From Malacoraja senta (taxonomy: Eukaryota), in assembly GCA_038087875.1 (NCBI GenBank), contig CM075988.1:21578001-21642000 (forward strand): a stretch of DNA of 64,000 nucleotides, written 5' to 3'. Position 1 is the first letter of the stretch, and each line of letters begins with the position of its first letter. Shown one piece after another: positions 63,015 to 64,000 of this stretch. The notes beneath the pieces are model-generated. The model did no database searches and was not told the origin of the DNA. It saw only the letters and a list, made by a program, of their open reading frames with translations. A program made the translations under genes and the position numbers.

Positions 63015-63457
63015 TAGAGATACAGCGCGGAAACAGGCCCTTTGGCCCGCCGTGTCCGCGCCGACCAGCGATCTCAGCGGGGTGGAAGATTGCAACCTTC
63101 ACGTGGTCCGCCCTGTTTCGACGAATGCAATCAACCTGGCGTGCACAATCAAATAAGATCAATAGAACATGTTGTCCTACAACTTTAGGCTGTGCACGCC
63201 ATACGCAAGAAGAAGAAGCGATCTCCGCACATTAACACTACCGTAAACACTAGGGACAATTTACACTTACACCCTTCCAATGAACCGACAAACCTGTACG
63301 TCTTTGGAGTGTGGGAGGAAACCAAAGATGTCGGAGAAAACCCACGCAGGTCACGGGGAGAACGTACAAACTCCGCACAGACAGCACCCATAGTTGGGAT
63401 CGAACCAGGGTCTCTGGCTCTGTAAGGCAGCAACTCTACCGCTGTGCCACCGTGCCG
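63015..63457 (-). mobile_element. HE1-like SINE interrupted by a 141-bp insertion
   Basis: Consensus match on both sides of 63076-63216. Confidence 0.85.
63076..63216 (+). mobile_element. Short retroposon with (AAG)n tail and 9-bp TSD
   Basis: agcgatctc at 63067-63075 and 63217-63225. Ends catacgcaagaagaaga. Confidence 0.8.
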
Positions 63458-63737
63458 GCCATGAACTAAACTAATTGGTGGTGCATATGCAAATGTCTCT
63501 GTGTAAATTATAAAACTGGTTATTAAAAAAATTATTAAAAATTCAGATTTTTTTAAAACTATGCAAATAGATTGGAATTTTGCATTCTGCACAGAAGAAT
63601 ATCTGTTATCTCTGTCAAACAATTGCCTTTGCAGTCCTTCAGTAAATATCCATGTCGACCTTTGGAAAGGAAGATAGATACAACAAGATGGAGTAACTCA
63701 GCGGGACAGGCAGCATCTCTGGAGAGAAAGAATGGGT

Positions 63738-63765
63738 GACGTTTCGGGTCGAGACCCTTCTTCAG
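63738..63765 (-). ncRNA. Minimal hammerhead ribozyme motif in a Penelope-like fragment
   Basis: CUGAAGA a GGGUC uc GACCC GAAAC GUC. Confidence 0.65.
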
Positions 63766-63990
63766 ACAGTTCCTTCCTACACATTTGGAAAGTAAGAGCT
63801 GTCTTCATTCTGAGTCATGAATTATTTAGCATTGAATAAGTTAACACAAGACAAAGTCCTGACAGAAGTACTTTGAAAAGTTGGCTCGTTCAAGTGGAAC
63901 TGATGGATATTTAAAAAAACAAAAAATAGCAGAAAGATCCCTTTTTGAAATATTTAATATTTATCTACTTTTTTTCCTTTCCGTCTACAG

Positions 63991-64000
63991 TGTCTTCACT
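63991..64000 (+). CDS. Start of a probable next exon, running off the window
   Basis: Strong acceptor ttttttccttt ccgtctacag|tgtcttcact. A phase 0 reading (CLH) would follow 60101. Confidence 0.5.

Noticed and set aside
1..64000. Intact autonomous transposon, endogenous virus or prokaryote-type defence system
   Set aside because: No ORF long enough and no RT core, transposase, Rep-Hel, integrase or viral motifs were seen.

Overview
Eukaryotic, repeat-dominated genomic DNA. The repeat families (HE1-type tRNA/V-SINE, HER1/CR1 LINE 3' ends, Penelope-like elements) point to a cartilaginous fish, probably a skate or ray; this is inferred from recalled consensus sequences, not from a search. The window reads as large introns of one + strand protein-coding gene that I cannot identify. 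Its best candidate exons are 47-140, 18861-19046, 37803-38009, 60002-60101 and one starting at 63991. Almost every ORF in the supplied track is a translation of repeats. The window contains roughly 35-40 SINE copies, many CR1, Rex1/Babar, L2 and L1 fragments, and many Penelope-like fragments that carry minimal hammerhead-ribozyme motifs and often form fold-backs. It also has nine PIF/Harbinger-type MITEs sharing a terminal motif of about 14 bp, one complete non-autonomous Helitron (1972-3914) holding two minisatellites and a nested MITE, a DeuSINE relic, and a near-identical inverted CR1 pair bracketing a candidate exon. I found no CRISPR array, operon, intact autonomous transposon ORF or clearly novel multi-gene system. 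Repeat boundaries were read by eye and are approximate unless a target-site duplication (TSD) is quoted.
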